21,772 nt of DNA from Opitutus sp. GAS368 (GCA_945861645.1 CAMAVZ010000029.1:1-21772); one strand, 5' to 3'. Counted from the first letter of the stretch, positions 8,738-17,743 are shown. Numbers and translations: made by a program. The notes: generated by a model not told the origin, from the letters alone.

Positions 8738-10942
8738 TTAGGACTGGGCTGGCGCCGGTGCTTCAGCCGCGGGGGCCGCTTCGCCACCGCCGGCCGCTTG
8801 CTTTTGCGCCTCGAGATCAGCCATCGCGGCCCTGCGGCTGAGACGGACCTTACCCGAACGCTCATCGATGCCCACGCATTTGACTGTGATGGAGTCGCCC
8901 ATCTTGGCGACATCTTCGGTGCGGCGCACGCGGAAGTCGGCTAGTTCGGAAATATGCACCAGGCCTTCCTTGCCGGGCATACATTCCACGAACGCCCCGA
9001 ATTCTTTCACCCCAGTGACGCGACCGGTGTAGATCTTGCCGATTTCGATTTGGGAACCACCGCCGCAAAGGGCGTCGATTTCCTGCACGGCGCGGTTCAT
9101 AGCGTCGGCATTATTCGAATAAATGAAGACCTTGCCGGAATCATCATCGGAGATATCGATCTGCGCCCCGGTTGTTTCGGTGATGCGGCGGATCGTCTTG
9201 CCGCCCGGTCCGATGAGCAGACCGATCTTCTCTGGATCGATCTGAATCGTTTGGATGCGGGGCGCGTAGGGGGAGAGGTCTTTGCGGGGAGCAGGAAGCG
9301 AGGCGAGCATCGACTTGAGGATCTCAATGCGAGCGTCGCGCGCTTGATACACCGCGGTCTTCGCGATTTCAAAAGGCAGGCCGTTGATTTTCAGGTCGAG
9401 CTGAAAGCCCGTGATGCCCTTGGTCGTACCGGCGATCTTGAAATCCATATCGCCGAAATGATCTTCCTCCCCGAGAATATCGGTGATGGTCGTCCACTTG
9501 GTGATTCCACCGTTGGCATCCATTTCGGTCATCAGACCGCAGGAAATGCCGGCGACTGGCGCGATGATGGGTACGCCCGCATCCATGAGCGCCAAGCAAC
9601 CGCCGCAGATGGAAGCCATCGAGGTCGAGCCGTTGGAGGCCATGATTTCAGAGACGACACGGATTGAGTAAGGGAACACATCCTCTGGGGGGAGAATCGG
9701 CACCAGCGAACGCTCGGCCAGCGCACCGTGACCAATTTCGCGGCGGCCTGGGCCAATGAAGCGACCGGCTTCACCGACCGAGAACGGCGGGAAATTGTAA
9801 TGGAGAATGAAGCTTTTCGACGTCGCGCCGCCGGTGAGTCCGTCCATGTCCTGCGCTTCTTTCGTCGGCCCGAGGGTAACGATGGCAATATTTTGAGTAT
9901 CACCGCGCTGGAACATGGCGGAACCATGCACGCGCGGGAGGACGCCCACTTTGGATTGCAGCGGGCGCAGGGCCTTCGCATCGCGATGATCTGAGCGCAC
10001 GCCCTTGGCGAGCACGGTGGCGCGGTAGGCTTTGTATTGGAGGTCTTCGAAGACGACGTTGAGGTCGACATCGGTGAACTTGCCTTCGCCCAACTCGGCA
10101 ACGAGAGCGGCCTTGGCCTCGTCTTTTAATTTTTTGACGTTGGCCGAGCGAATGTTTTTCTCAAAGCCGAAGATGGCGGTGGAAACGCGATCTGCCGGGA
10201 CGACGCGCTCAATGATGGCGCGGGCCTCAGGGGTAGCGCCGACGAGCTTGAAGGTGGCCTTGGGTTTGCCAGCCAGGACGACTAATTCCTTGATCGCTGC
10301 GATGATGGGCTGAATCGCTTGGTGACCAAAAGCCAGAGCTTCGACAAATTTCTCCTCAGAGATTTGGTCAGCCGAACCTTCGATCATCAGCATGTCCTTC
10401 GTATTGCCGACGTAGATGAGATCGAGGGCGGATGAGTACATCTGCTCGATGGTTGGGTTGGCGACAAACACGTCGTCGATGAGGGCGACGCGCACGCAGC
10501 CAATCGGCCCGTTCCACGGAATGTCAGAAATCGCGAGAGCGGCGCTGGCGCCGTTGACCATGGCGATATCGGAATCGTTGATGAGGTCGGCCGACATCAG
10601 CTGGCCGATGATCTGCACTTCATTGAGGAAACCCTCCGGAAAGAGCGGGCGGCAGGGGCGATCGCAGAGGCGGGAGATGAGGATCTCGCGCTCGCTGGGC
10701 CGGCCTTCGCGTTTGAAGTAGCCACCAGGAAAACGGCCGGCGGCGGCGTATTTATCGCGGTAGTCGCAGGTGAGGGGGAAAAAATCTTGGCCAGGGCGCA
10801 TGGTCTGAGCGACGCAGGCGGTGACGAAGACATTAGTTTCGCCGACATTGACGTTGACGGCGCCGCCCGCGAGTTGGGCGATGGAGCCGGTGGAGAACGT
10901 GAGCCCGAGACCGGGCACGGTAACATTGTGTTTCTGATTCAT
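8738..10942 (-). CDS. pnp: Polyribonucleotide nucleotidyltransferase (PNPase)
   Basis: [54 protein letters not shown] domain (IGPGGKTIR), S1 domain (EGLVHISEL). ATG at 10942 preferred. Downstream of rpsO. Confidence 0.98.
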   Translation of the reverse strand: MNQKHNVTVPGLGLTFSTGSIAQLAGGAVNVNVGETNVFVTACVAQTMRPGQDFFPLTCDYRDKYAAAGRFPGGYFKREGRPSEREILISRLCDRPCRPLFPEGFLNEVQIIGQLMSADLINDSDIAMVNGASAALAISDIPWNGPIGCVRVALIDDVFVANPTIEQMYSSALDLIYVGNTKDMLMIEGSADQISEEKFVEALAFGHQAIQPIIAAIKELVVLAGKPKATFKLVGATPEARAIIERVVPADRVSTAIFGFEKNIRSANVKKLKDEAKAALVAELGEGKFTDVDLNVVFEDLQYKAYRATVLAKGVRSDHRDAKALRPLQSKVGVLPRVHGSAMFQRGDTQNIAIVTLGPTKEAQDMDGLTGGATSKSFILHYNFPPFSVGEAGRFIGPGRREIGHGALAERSLVPILPPEDVFPYSIRVVSEIMASNGSTSMASICGGCLALMDAGVPIIAPVAGISCGLMTEMDANGGITKWTTITDILGEEDHFGDMDFKIAGTTKGITGFQLDLKINGLPFEIAKTAVYQARDARIEILKSMLASLPAPRKDLSPYAPRIQTIQIDPEKIGLLIGPGGKTIRRITETTGAQIDISDDDSGKVFIYSNNADAMNRAVQEIDALCGGGSQIEIGKIYTGRVTGVKEFGAFVECMPGKEGLVHISELADFRVRRTEDVAKMGDSITVKCVGIDERSGKVRLSRRAAMADLEAQKQAAGGGEAAPAAEAPAPAQS

Positions 10943-11126
10943 ATTATGGGAGGTTGGGCCGCTCAAGGCCCGGTAGGTAGGCGACGATCAAAGACCGCGC
11001 TACAGGTTGTTTTACCATTTTCTTCGCTTTCCCTGAATCAACTCCGAGAAATTTCTATTGGCGGTCCCAGCGGGGTGGGGCGGCAAACGGAAATGTCCCG
11101 GGCGGCTGCTTCTAGTGAGGAGAGCT

Positions 11127-11163
11127 AAAACGAAGGGCAGCCCGTCGGTGGACTGCCCTTCGT
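11127..11163 (-). terminator. Rho-independent terminator or attenuator after rpsO
   Basis: Minus strand ACGAAGGGCAGTCC-ACCGAC-GGGCTGCCCTTCGT then TTT, starting 8 nt after the rpsO stop. Confidence 0.85.
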
Positions 11164-11171
11164 GAAATCGG

Positions 11172-11435
11172 TTACTTGCGCAGACTGAGCTTCTGCAGCA
11201 GGTCGTTGTATTTGGCGAGGTCTTCGCTCTTGACGTAATCAAGAAGCTTGCGACGGCGACTGGCCATTTGAAGAAGGCCGCGGCGGCTGTGGAAATCCTT
11301 GCGATGCGTGCGCAGATGCTCGGTCAAGTGATTGATTCGAGCGGTGAGCAGCGCGATCTGGACGTCGCTGGAGCCGGTGTCCTTTTCGTGGGTTTTATAT
11401 AAGGCTATGACTTCTGATTTAACGGGTTGTGACAT
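11172..11435 (-). CDS. rpsO: 30S ribosomal protein S15
   Basis: [34 protein letters not shown]; conserved rpsO-pnp synteny. Confidence 0.98.
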   Translation of the reverse strand: MSQPVKSEVIALYKTHEKDTGSSDVQIALLTARINHLTEHLRTHRKDFHSRRGLLQMASRRRKLLDYVKSEDLAKYNDLLQKLSLRK

Positions 11436-11464
11436 GGTTTGGATTGTTGATTACGCGATCGTTT

Positions 11465-11586
11465 GGAGGCCTTGCGGCTTCGTGCCACCCGCTTTTGGAG
11501 GGCCGGCGGCACCGTTATCGTCCGGTTACCCAGACTGACCGTGGCTGAAGTCTGCGACCAGCAGGCTTCAACTAACGCAAGGTCCC
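11465..11586 (-). promoter_or_regulatory. Structured 5' leader of rpsO (candidate S15 autoregulatory RNA)
   Basis: Closing stem CCUUGCG/CGCAAGG encloses three hairpins, one with a GUAA tetraloop. G-U pairs fit the mRNA strand. Ends about 30 nt before the ATG. Confidence 0.65.
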
Positions 11587-11628
11587 ATTAACTAAATCGC
11601 GCCCGCTGCCTGCAAGCGTTTTTTTGCT

Positions 11629-11656
11629 AGAATCAGGGAGGAGTGGACGGCGTCAA
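11629..11656 (-). promoter_or_regulatory. Candidate sigma70-type promoter for rpsO
   Basis: TTGACG-16 nt-GATTCT on the minus strand. A second candidate, TTGCAG-17-GTTAAT, lies at 11615-11587. Confidence 0.3.
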
Positions 11657-11875
11657 ATTATAGGGGGATTGGATGAACTGTCTCGGTATCCTCTTGGCCG
11701 AGACAAGGAGCCTGGTTTAAGGGATAGTCGATTTAATATATAATCACAATCGGCTATTGGGCAGTTTGTTATAAAATTAATTCCATCAATAAGATCTGCC
11801 TGTAGGCCTGATGCTATCAATGGGTAGGGTGGAGGAGCTCCTTTTGCCTATTACGCGTCTCTGGTCAGTAATTCA

Positions 11876-12256
11876 CTAACCCGTGCGCAGAGCTAATCCC
11901 TTAATGGCGGTGCAGCCGGGTACTTTTCGCAGTTTTTCAAGAATGGACTGGCGGTGCAGGAACAGTTCATTGCGGACGACCGCGTGGGAGACCAAGACCA
12001 CGAGTAAGCCTTTTTCAACCACTACGGGATGGGAGTACGCCGCGTTAGCGACGCCGACCAACTCCACCCATTTTTCACGGATACTGTGTTCGAGTGAATC
12101 GTGGCTGATGCGATATTTAATCAGCAACTCGTCGACTAGCGCGGTGAGATCGGTGGGCGTACGCCGTTTGGATCGGCTGGAGTCTTCGGGCAGTACGCGA
12201 AAGCCGGCGATGAGATTTTCAACCGCGCGGCTAAATTCTTTGGGCTCGTCAGACAT
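11876..12256 (-). CDS. dciA: DUF721/DciA family protein (helicase-loading factor homolog)
   Basis: IREKWVELVG...YSHPVVVEKGLLVVLVSHAVVRNELFLHRQSILEKL...LALRTG matches the DUF721 KH-like pattern. Confidence 0.8.
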   Translation of the reverse strand: MSDEPKEFSRAVENLIAGFRVLPEDSSRSKRRTPTDLTALVDELLIKYRISHDSLEHSIREKWVELVGVANAAYSHPVVVEKGLLVVLVSHAVVRNELFLHRQSILEKLRKVPGCTAIKGLALRTG

Positions 12257-12265
12257 CAGCGGCGC

Positions 12266-14008
12266 TTAACCGGCGCCTTGTTGGCGATCATAGAGCGATT
12301 TGTAGAGGGCGTTAGCCGCATACAGGGAGGCGTGATCGCCTTGGGCCACGATGCGACCCTGATCAAAAACCAAAATCATGGAGGCGTCGCGAATCGTGCT
12401 GAAGCGATGGGCAATAATCAGGACAGTTTTTCCGATCACTAATTGGCGCAGCGCATCCTGCACGCCTGCTTCGCTGTCGGAGTCGAGGGAGCTGGTGGCT
12501 TCATCGAGAATCAGAATGGGTGCCTGGCGGAGAAAGGCGCGGGCGATTGCGATCCGTTGCTTCTGGCCGCCGGAGAGTAAGGCGCCGCGTTCGCCCACCA
12601 GCGTGTCGTAGCCCAGTGGCAATTGCGTAATAAATTCATGGGCGTGGGCATTTTCAGCCGCCGCGATAATGGCCTCGCGCGTGGCATCCGGCGTGCCCAG
12701 CGCTAGATTGTTGTAGATCGTATCGTTGAACAGAACGGGCTCTTGCGAGACGAGGGCGATATTGCGCCGCAAATCAGCCAAGCGCAGGGAGCGAACATCC
12801 AGGCCGTCAATGCTCACGCTACCGGCCGCGACTTCAAAGAAGCGCGGAACGAGATTGGCGAAAGTGCTTTTACCGGCGCCACTGGGTCCGACGAGTGCGC
12901 ACACCGTGCCGGCGGGGATCGTGACATTAATATCCCGCAGGGCTGGCGTTTCGCCGTACGAAAAATTGACCTGTTGAAAAGTGAGCTGGCCCTGCAGCTG
13001 CGTGACTGTCACCGGCGCGACGGGATCGGTAATCGTGAGCGGCTCGTGCAGCACGTGTTCGAGCCGCTCGAGGGAAGCGGCGCCGCGATTCATCTCGGTG
13101 TTGAGATAGCCGATCTTTTTAATCGGCTCATAGCACAGATAAAGCGCCGTGATGATGGCGATAAAAGTTTCCCACTTAACATTATGGGTGGAGGCAAAAA
13201 TGAGCGTCGCGGCGATCCCGATCGCGGAGAGAATTTCGATCGCGGGCGTAAGCGCCTGGGCATATTTCACGATCTTCATTTGCGCCGTGACGAGTCCGCT
13301 GGTGGTTCGGCCGAAGCGCGCGAGCTCACGTTCTTCGAGACCGAATGCTCTCACCTCGCGCGCGGCGGAGAGGTTCTCGACAAAATGAGTAGAGACATCG
13401 CCGAGTTGGCTTTGCATTTGTTGCGCCCGGCGGATAATTTTCTTCCCCACGTAATGCACGGGCAGCACGGTGAGTGGGACCACGGCGAGGCACACGAGCA
13501 CGAGCAGGGCGCCGTCGGTGCTGAGGGCCTGCCAGACGAGAAAACTGAGGGCCCCCAGCAGCGCCATCGGTTGTTTGACGCCATCGTTCGCCATCAGGGA
13601 TAAGGTGAATTGCAATTGCGCGGTGTCAGCCAAGCCGCGTGAAATGAGATCGCCACTGGCTTTGCGTTGGAGAAAAGAGAGCGGCAAGAACTGGAGTTGG
13701 CGGAAATAATCTAAGCGGACAGCCTCGAGGACGCGGACGCCGGTGAGTTGGACGTAATAGCTATTCAGATAGCCGCTGACGGCGCGGAGTAAAAAGAGGA
13801 GCGGGACGCAGGCCGCGATCAGCATGACGGTCGCGAGCGGCAGACGCGGGGTGCTTTGGTCAAAAATGGGGGGGAAGACGTATTTGACGAGAGTCGGCAG
13901 CCCCAGCCCGCTGGTGGCGCCAAAGAGCAGCCCGTAGAATATCGCTGCAGATAGCGTGCCGCGGGTCGCGACGAGATAGCGAAAATAAGGGCGGAAGCGG
14001 CGGAGCAT
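12266..14008 (-). CDS. ABC exporter with fused TMD and NBD, MsbA-like
   Basis: N-terminal multi-TM domain; GPSGAGKST, VSQEPVLF, LSGGQKQRIAIAR, ILDEATS, IAHR. Confidence 0.92.
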   Translation of the reverse strand: MLRRFRPYFRYLVATRGTLSAAIFYGLLFGATSGLGLPTLVKYVFPPIFDQSTPRLPLATVMLIAACVPLLFLLRAVSGYLNSYYVQLTGVRVLEAVRLDYFRQLQFLPLSFLQRKASGDLISRGLADTAQLQFTLSLMANDGVKQPMALLGALSFLVWQALSTDGALLVLVCLAVVPLTVLPVHYVGKKIIRRAQQMQSQLGDVSTHFVENLSAAREVRAFGLEERELARFGRTTSGLVTAQMKIVKYAQALTPAIEILSAIGIAATLIFASTHNVKWETFIAIITALYLCYEPIKKIGYLNTEMNRGAASLERLEHVLHEPLTITDPVAPVTVTQLQGQLTFQQVNFSYGETPALRDINVTIPAGTVCALVGPSGAGKSTFANLVPRFFEVAAGSVSIDGLDVRSLRLADLRRNIALVSQEPVLFNDTIYNNLALGTPDATREAIIAAAENAHAHEFITQLPLGYDTLVGERGALLSGGQKQRIAIARAFLRQAPILILDEATSSLDSDSEAGVQDALRQLVIGKTVLIIAHRFSTIRDASMILVFDQGRIVAQGDHASLYAANALYKSLYDRQQGAG

Positions 14009-14091
14009 CGGGAACGCAGCAGAATCTCGAATCGGGAAATCAGAAGCCAGCAGGAAATAATCTGAAAGCCAAGGGCGGTCTTGGTTCCCCT

Positions 14092-14988
14092 TTAATCTTG
14101 GGCGCCCCGAACATCGAGGGCGTCGCGTAAGCCATCGCCAAGGAAGTTGAGCGAAAAAAGCGTGAGCGAAAAAATGCTACCAGGAAAAATCAGCAGCCAC
14201 GGAAACTCTTCCATTTTTTCGGCGCCATCCTTGATCAAGGTTCCCCACGAACTCATCGGGGGTTGCACGCCCAAGCCGAGAAAGCTGAGGAAAGCTTCCA
14301 GTAACATCACGGCGGGGATGGTGAGGGTGGTGTAGACAATAATCGGGCCGAGGGCGTTGGGCAGCAGGTGGCGAAAAATGATGCGGGGATTGCTGAGCCC
14401 CAGGGAGCGCGCGGCTTCGATGAATTCCATTTTCTTTAGCGCCATGATTTGGCTGCGCACGATTCGCGCCATCGTGAGCCATTCGACCGCTCCGATGGCG
14501 ACAAAGAGCAAAATAATATTCCGGCCAAAAAAGACCATGAGCAAAATAACAAAAATCGTAAAAGGCAGGGCGTAAATAATATCAACGAGCCGCATCATCG
14601 TGGCGTCAATTTTCCCTCCGAGGTAACCAGCAATGGCCCCATAAATAACCCCGATCGTGAGCGCCACAAAGGTGGCGCAGAGGCCGACGCCTAAAGAAAT
14701 GCGACCACCGTAAAGCAAGCGGACGAAAAGGTCGCGACCCAAGGTGTCGGTGCCCAACCAATGCGCCGCGCTGGGGGCGGAAGCGCCAAGATCTAAATTC
14801 TGCTCTTGATAGCTCATCCGCAGAAACCACGGGCCGGCGATGCAAAGCATCGTCAGTCCGGCTAAGAGTGCGCCGCCGATAACGGCGAGCCGATTTTTTT
14901 TCAGGCGGTGCCAAGCATCGCGCCAGAGTGAGGAGCGCGCCTCAGTCAGGGGAGGCCGGATCTCGGAAGGGGGGCTGAGCGAAATCAT
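14092..14988 (-). CDS. oppC: Oligopeptide ABC transporter permease
   Basis: SLWRDAWHRLKKNRLA, HWLGTDTLGRDL, EFIEAARSLG (EAA loop), LSFLGLGVQPP, NFLGDGLRDALD. Confidence 0.93.
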   Translation of the reverse strand: MISLSPPSEIRPPLTEARSSLWRDAWHRLKKNRLAVIGGALLAGLTMLCIAGPWFLRMSYQEQNLDLGASAPSAAHWLGTDTLGRDLFVRLLYGGRISLGVGLCATFVALTIGVIYGAIAGYLGGKIDATMMRLVDIIYALPFTIFVILLMVFFGRNIILLFVAIGAVEWLTMARIVRSQIMALKKMEFIEAARSLGLSNPRIIFRHLLPNALGPIIVYTTLTIPAVMLLEAFLSFLGLGVQPPMSSWGTLIKDGAEKMEEFPWLLIFPGSIFSLTLFSLNFLGDGLRDALDVRGAQD

Positions 14989-15031
14989 TTAAACAAAGAA
15001 GCCAGCTGGCTCTGGCGGGTCAGGCGTCGGC

Positions 15032-15949
15032 TCATGCAAATTTTAATTTTGGATTGAGCCACACTTGGACCACATCGGTGGCGAGGTTGAGCACAACGAT
15101 TAGCCCCGCGTAGAGCATGACGGTGCCGAGCACCAACGTGTAGTCACGATTGAAGGCGCTGTTCACAAATTCGCGCCCGAGGCCAGGGATTTGGAAAATA
15201 GTTTCAATGATAAATGAACCGGTGAGAATACCCGCGGTGGCTGGTCCTAAAAATGAGACGACGGGCAGGAGCCCGCCGCGCAACGCGTGGCGGGTGATAA
15301 TGCGAAATTCTGAAGCGCCTTTCGCGCGGGCGGTGCGGATATAGTCTTGATGCAGCACTTCGAGCATGCCGGCTCGCGTGAGCCGCATGATATACGCGGC
15401 GTAGACCAAGCCCAAGGTCAGTGCGGGCAGCACCCGGTCGGTGGCGGTGTACCACCCGGAGGCGTTGACCCAACCGAGGTGGATGGCGAAAAAAAGCACG
15501 AGCAGTGGGCCCAGGACAAAAGTCGGCACACAAATTCCCAGCATCCCCAGCGAACTCGCCAGATAATCGAGCCCACTATTACGGCGGACCGCCGCCAAGA
15601 CCCCTAAGGTTAGCCCAAGGCTCAGCGCACAGGCCAGCGCGAGGGCGCCGAGTTCCAAAGACACGGGCAGCTTATCTGCGATGATTTCATTGACGGAGCG
15701 ATTGGAGTATTTGAACGATGGCCCGAGGTCGCCGTGGGCAATTTTCCCGAGGTAGTTGAGATATTGGCGCCCGAGCGGTTGATCGAGGCCGTAGTGCGCT
15801 TCAATGTTTTTTAGAATTTCTGGGGGGATGGCTTTTTCGGCGGTGAACGGCCCGCCGGGGACAAAGCGCACCATGAAAAAAGTCGCCGTGATAATAATAA
15901 AAAGCACGGGGATAACCTGCAGCAGGCGGCGAAAGATAAAGCGAAACAT
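15032..15949 (-). CDS. oppB: Oligopeptide ABC transporter permease
   Basis: MFRFIFRRLL, PGGPF, YGLDQPL, GDLGPSFKY, DYIRTARAKG, IETIFQIPGLG, NRDY. ATG at 15949. Confidence 0.93.
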   Translation of the reverse strand: MFRFIFRRLLQVIPVLFIIITATFFMVRFVPGGPFTAEKAIPPEILKNIEAHYGLDQPLGRQYLNYLGKIAHGDLGPSFKYSNRSVNEIIADKLPVSLELGALALACALSLGLTLGVLAAVRRNSGLDYLASSLGMLGICVPTFVLGPLLVLFFAIHLGWVNASGWYTATDRVLPALTLGLVYAAYIMRLTRAGMLEVLHQDYIRTARAKGASEFRIITRHALRGGLLPVVSFLGPATAGILTGSFIIETIFQIPGLGREFVNSAFNRDYTLVLGTVMLYAGLIVVLNLATDVVQVWLNPKLKFA

Positions 15950-16025
15950 AGCGGGGGAATCAGGCGATAGCTGACAGAGGATCACGCGGCGTGGCCAGAC
16001 GGAAAAATGCGGCGGGCCGCAGCCG

Positions 16026-17687
16026 CTATTTCTTTAGCAGGGCATCGCGCCGGCTTTTGAACTCAGTGCCAGGTTTCCAAACGGGCCAGACGGTGGCGGT
16101 GGCGATGCGTCGACCAACTGCAAAGAGGAAGACCGTGTTTTGGGCCGCGCCGACCATCGTCCAGTCTGGTTGGACCGCGTCAGTTACCTTATGGTAGTCA
16201 TTGGTCAGATAGGCCACGCGCAGTTTCAGGCCATAGCCCTCCGATTGGCCGATGAAGTCGAGCCCGGAGCGAGTGAAATACGCGGGCACGCCGACCTTCG
16301 CAAATTCGAAGTGATCGCTGCGGTAATAATAACCTTTTTCCGCATCGGTGTCGGCGCGTACCACGCGACCTTGCTCCGCCGCTGCGGCGAGACCGATATC
16401 GTCGATGGTGGATGGATTGTTTCCGACCACCTCAATGTCCCGAGTCGGGCCGTACGCATTATTGGAGTCGAGTGGCTCGAGGTTAAGATTAGCGAGCGTT
16501 TGTGAAAGTGGATACAAGGGATGCTCAGCATAATAGCGCGAACCGAGGAGCCCTTTTTCTTCCGCCGTAGGAAAAAAGAATAGGCACGAACGCGGCCAAC
16601 GTTGATCAGCGGTCGACGTCGCCGCGGCCCGCGCCAACTCCAGCAACATGCCAACGGCCGTAGCGTTATCCGCGGCTCCATTAAGAATTTGGTCCCCCGG
16701 GAGGCTGAGATTGCGGCCAAAAGCATCCCAGTGGGCTGAGTAAATTAAATATTCTTGGCGGCGCTGGGGATCGGCGCCGGGCAGCAGAGCGAGGACATTC
16801 TTTGACGCGACTTGGCGGGTCATATTATTAATCGTGAAATTGGCGTGGGCGGCAATTGCCACTGGGCGAAAATCACGGCGGGCCGCGGCGGCTTTCAGGG
16901 TGGCGAAATCTTGCCCGGCCGTCGCCAGAAGTTTTTTCGTGGCCTCCAGCGTCAGCCAACCTTCCACCGCGACGCGTTGCACCTTTTGATTTGTGCTAGC
17001 GAGATCGAAATTTTCTCGACCCCAGCTACCCCCGACGACGGCGAAGGGGTAGCCCGCCGGACCGGTCTCGTGAATAATCAGACAGGCCGCCGCGCCGCGG
17101 GCCGAGGCGATCTCGTATTTGTAGGTCCAGCGGCCGTAATAGGTCATTGCTTTTCCGCCAAATATTTTTTTATCGAGTTGGCCGGTGGTGGGCTCCCGCA
17201 CGGGCGGATCATTGATCAGAATAAGCACCGTCTTGCCGCGCACATCCACGTCCTTGAAATCATCCCAGCCGAATTCGGGGGCCACCACGCCATAGCCGAC
17301 GAAGACCACGGGACTGTCTTTGACCTCTATCGTGGGCTGCTGGTGGCGTGAGAGCGCGATGTAGTCATTGATGATGACGGGAGTGATCGTCGTGCCGCCC
17401 ACTGTAAAAGTGGCAGCCGCTTGCGAAGTAATCCCGATCATTGGCACCTGCTGGATATAGGTGCCGTCCGGATTACCGGGCTGCAGGCCAATTTTCTTCA
17501 GCTCACTGATGAGGTAATTAACCGTTTTTTCCTCACCGGCTGAAGCGGGGGCGCGGCCTTCAAATTCATCGGAGGCCAGAATTTTAGTATGAGCCAAGAT
17601 CCGTGCCGCCGAAATTTCTGGCGGGGACTCCGTCGCAAGGGCGGGGGCGGCTAAGATGGTTAGGATCCACCATCGTATAATTTTCAT
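16026..17687 (-). CDS. Secreted M28 family metallopeptidase with PA domain
   Basis: Signal peptide; LASDEFEGR, VFVGYGV..PEFGWDD, YYGRWTYK (PA insert), AHWD, GAADNA, AEEKGLLGS, RSDH, YHKVTD. Confidence 0.93.
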   Translation of the reverse strand: MKIIRWWILTILAAPALATESPPEISAARILAHTKILASDEFEGRAPASAGEEKTVNYLISELKKIGLQPGNPDGTYIQQVPMIGITSQAAATFTVGGTTITPVIINDYIALSRHQQPTIEVKDSPVVFVGYGVVAPEFGWDDFKDVDVRGKTVLILINDPPVREPTTGQLDKKIFGGKAMTYYGRWTYKYEIASARGAAACLIIHETGPAGYPFAVVGGSWGRENFDLASTNQKVQRVAVEGWLTLEATKKLLATAGQDFATLKAAAARRDFRPVAIAAHANFTINNMTRQVASKNVLALLPGADPQRRQEYLIYSAHWDAFGRNLSLPGDQILNGAADNATAVGMLLELARAAATSTADQRWPRSCLFFFPTAEEKGLLGSRYYAEHPLYPLSQTLANLNLEPLDSNNAYGPTRDIEVVGNNPSTIDDIGLAAAAEQGRVVRADTDAEKGYYYRSDHFEFAKVGVPAYFTRSGLDFIGQSEGYGLKLRVAYLTNDYHKVTDAVQPDWTMVGAAQNTVFLFAVGRRIATATVWPVWKPGTEFKSRRDALLKK

Positions 17688-17743
17688 GATGATATGGTAA
17701 GCGGGCGGTCCTGCGGGGTGCGGGCTAATTTTCTGGTCGTAGC

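Noticed and set aside
8632-8913. N-terminal extension of the DUF2127 ORF overlapping the pnp 3' end, a possible frameshift fusion
   Set aside because: It crosses the strong pnp terminator, has no slippery site, and family similarity begins only near GTG 8631
8954-9667. 237-aa plus-strand ORF, and other long antisense ORFs such as 1223-1849, 12743-13603 and 16812-17351
   Set aside because: They are shadow frames of well-supported minus-strand genes in GC-rich DNA and show no recognisable motifs
2829-11435. A thematic RNA/nucleotide quality-control cluster (GGQ factor, MOSC, surE, pnp, rpsO)
   Set aside because: The genes are separated by terminators, unrelated genes and a strand switch; nothing shows a shared system
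11673-11720. 15-codon plus-strand ORF MNCLGILLAETRSLV preceded by GGGGG
   Set aside because: Too short to distinguish from chance and has no leader-peptide signature; needs ribosome profiling
14064-14086. CCAAG/CTTGG hairpin after oppC as a terminator
   Set aside because: Only a 5-bp stem with a broken U-tract; too weak to call
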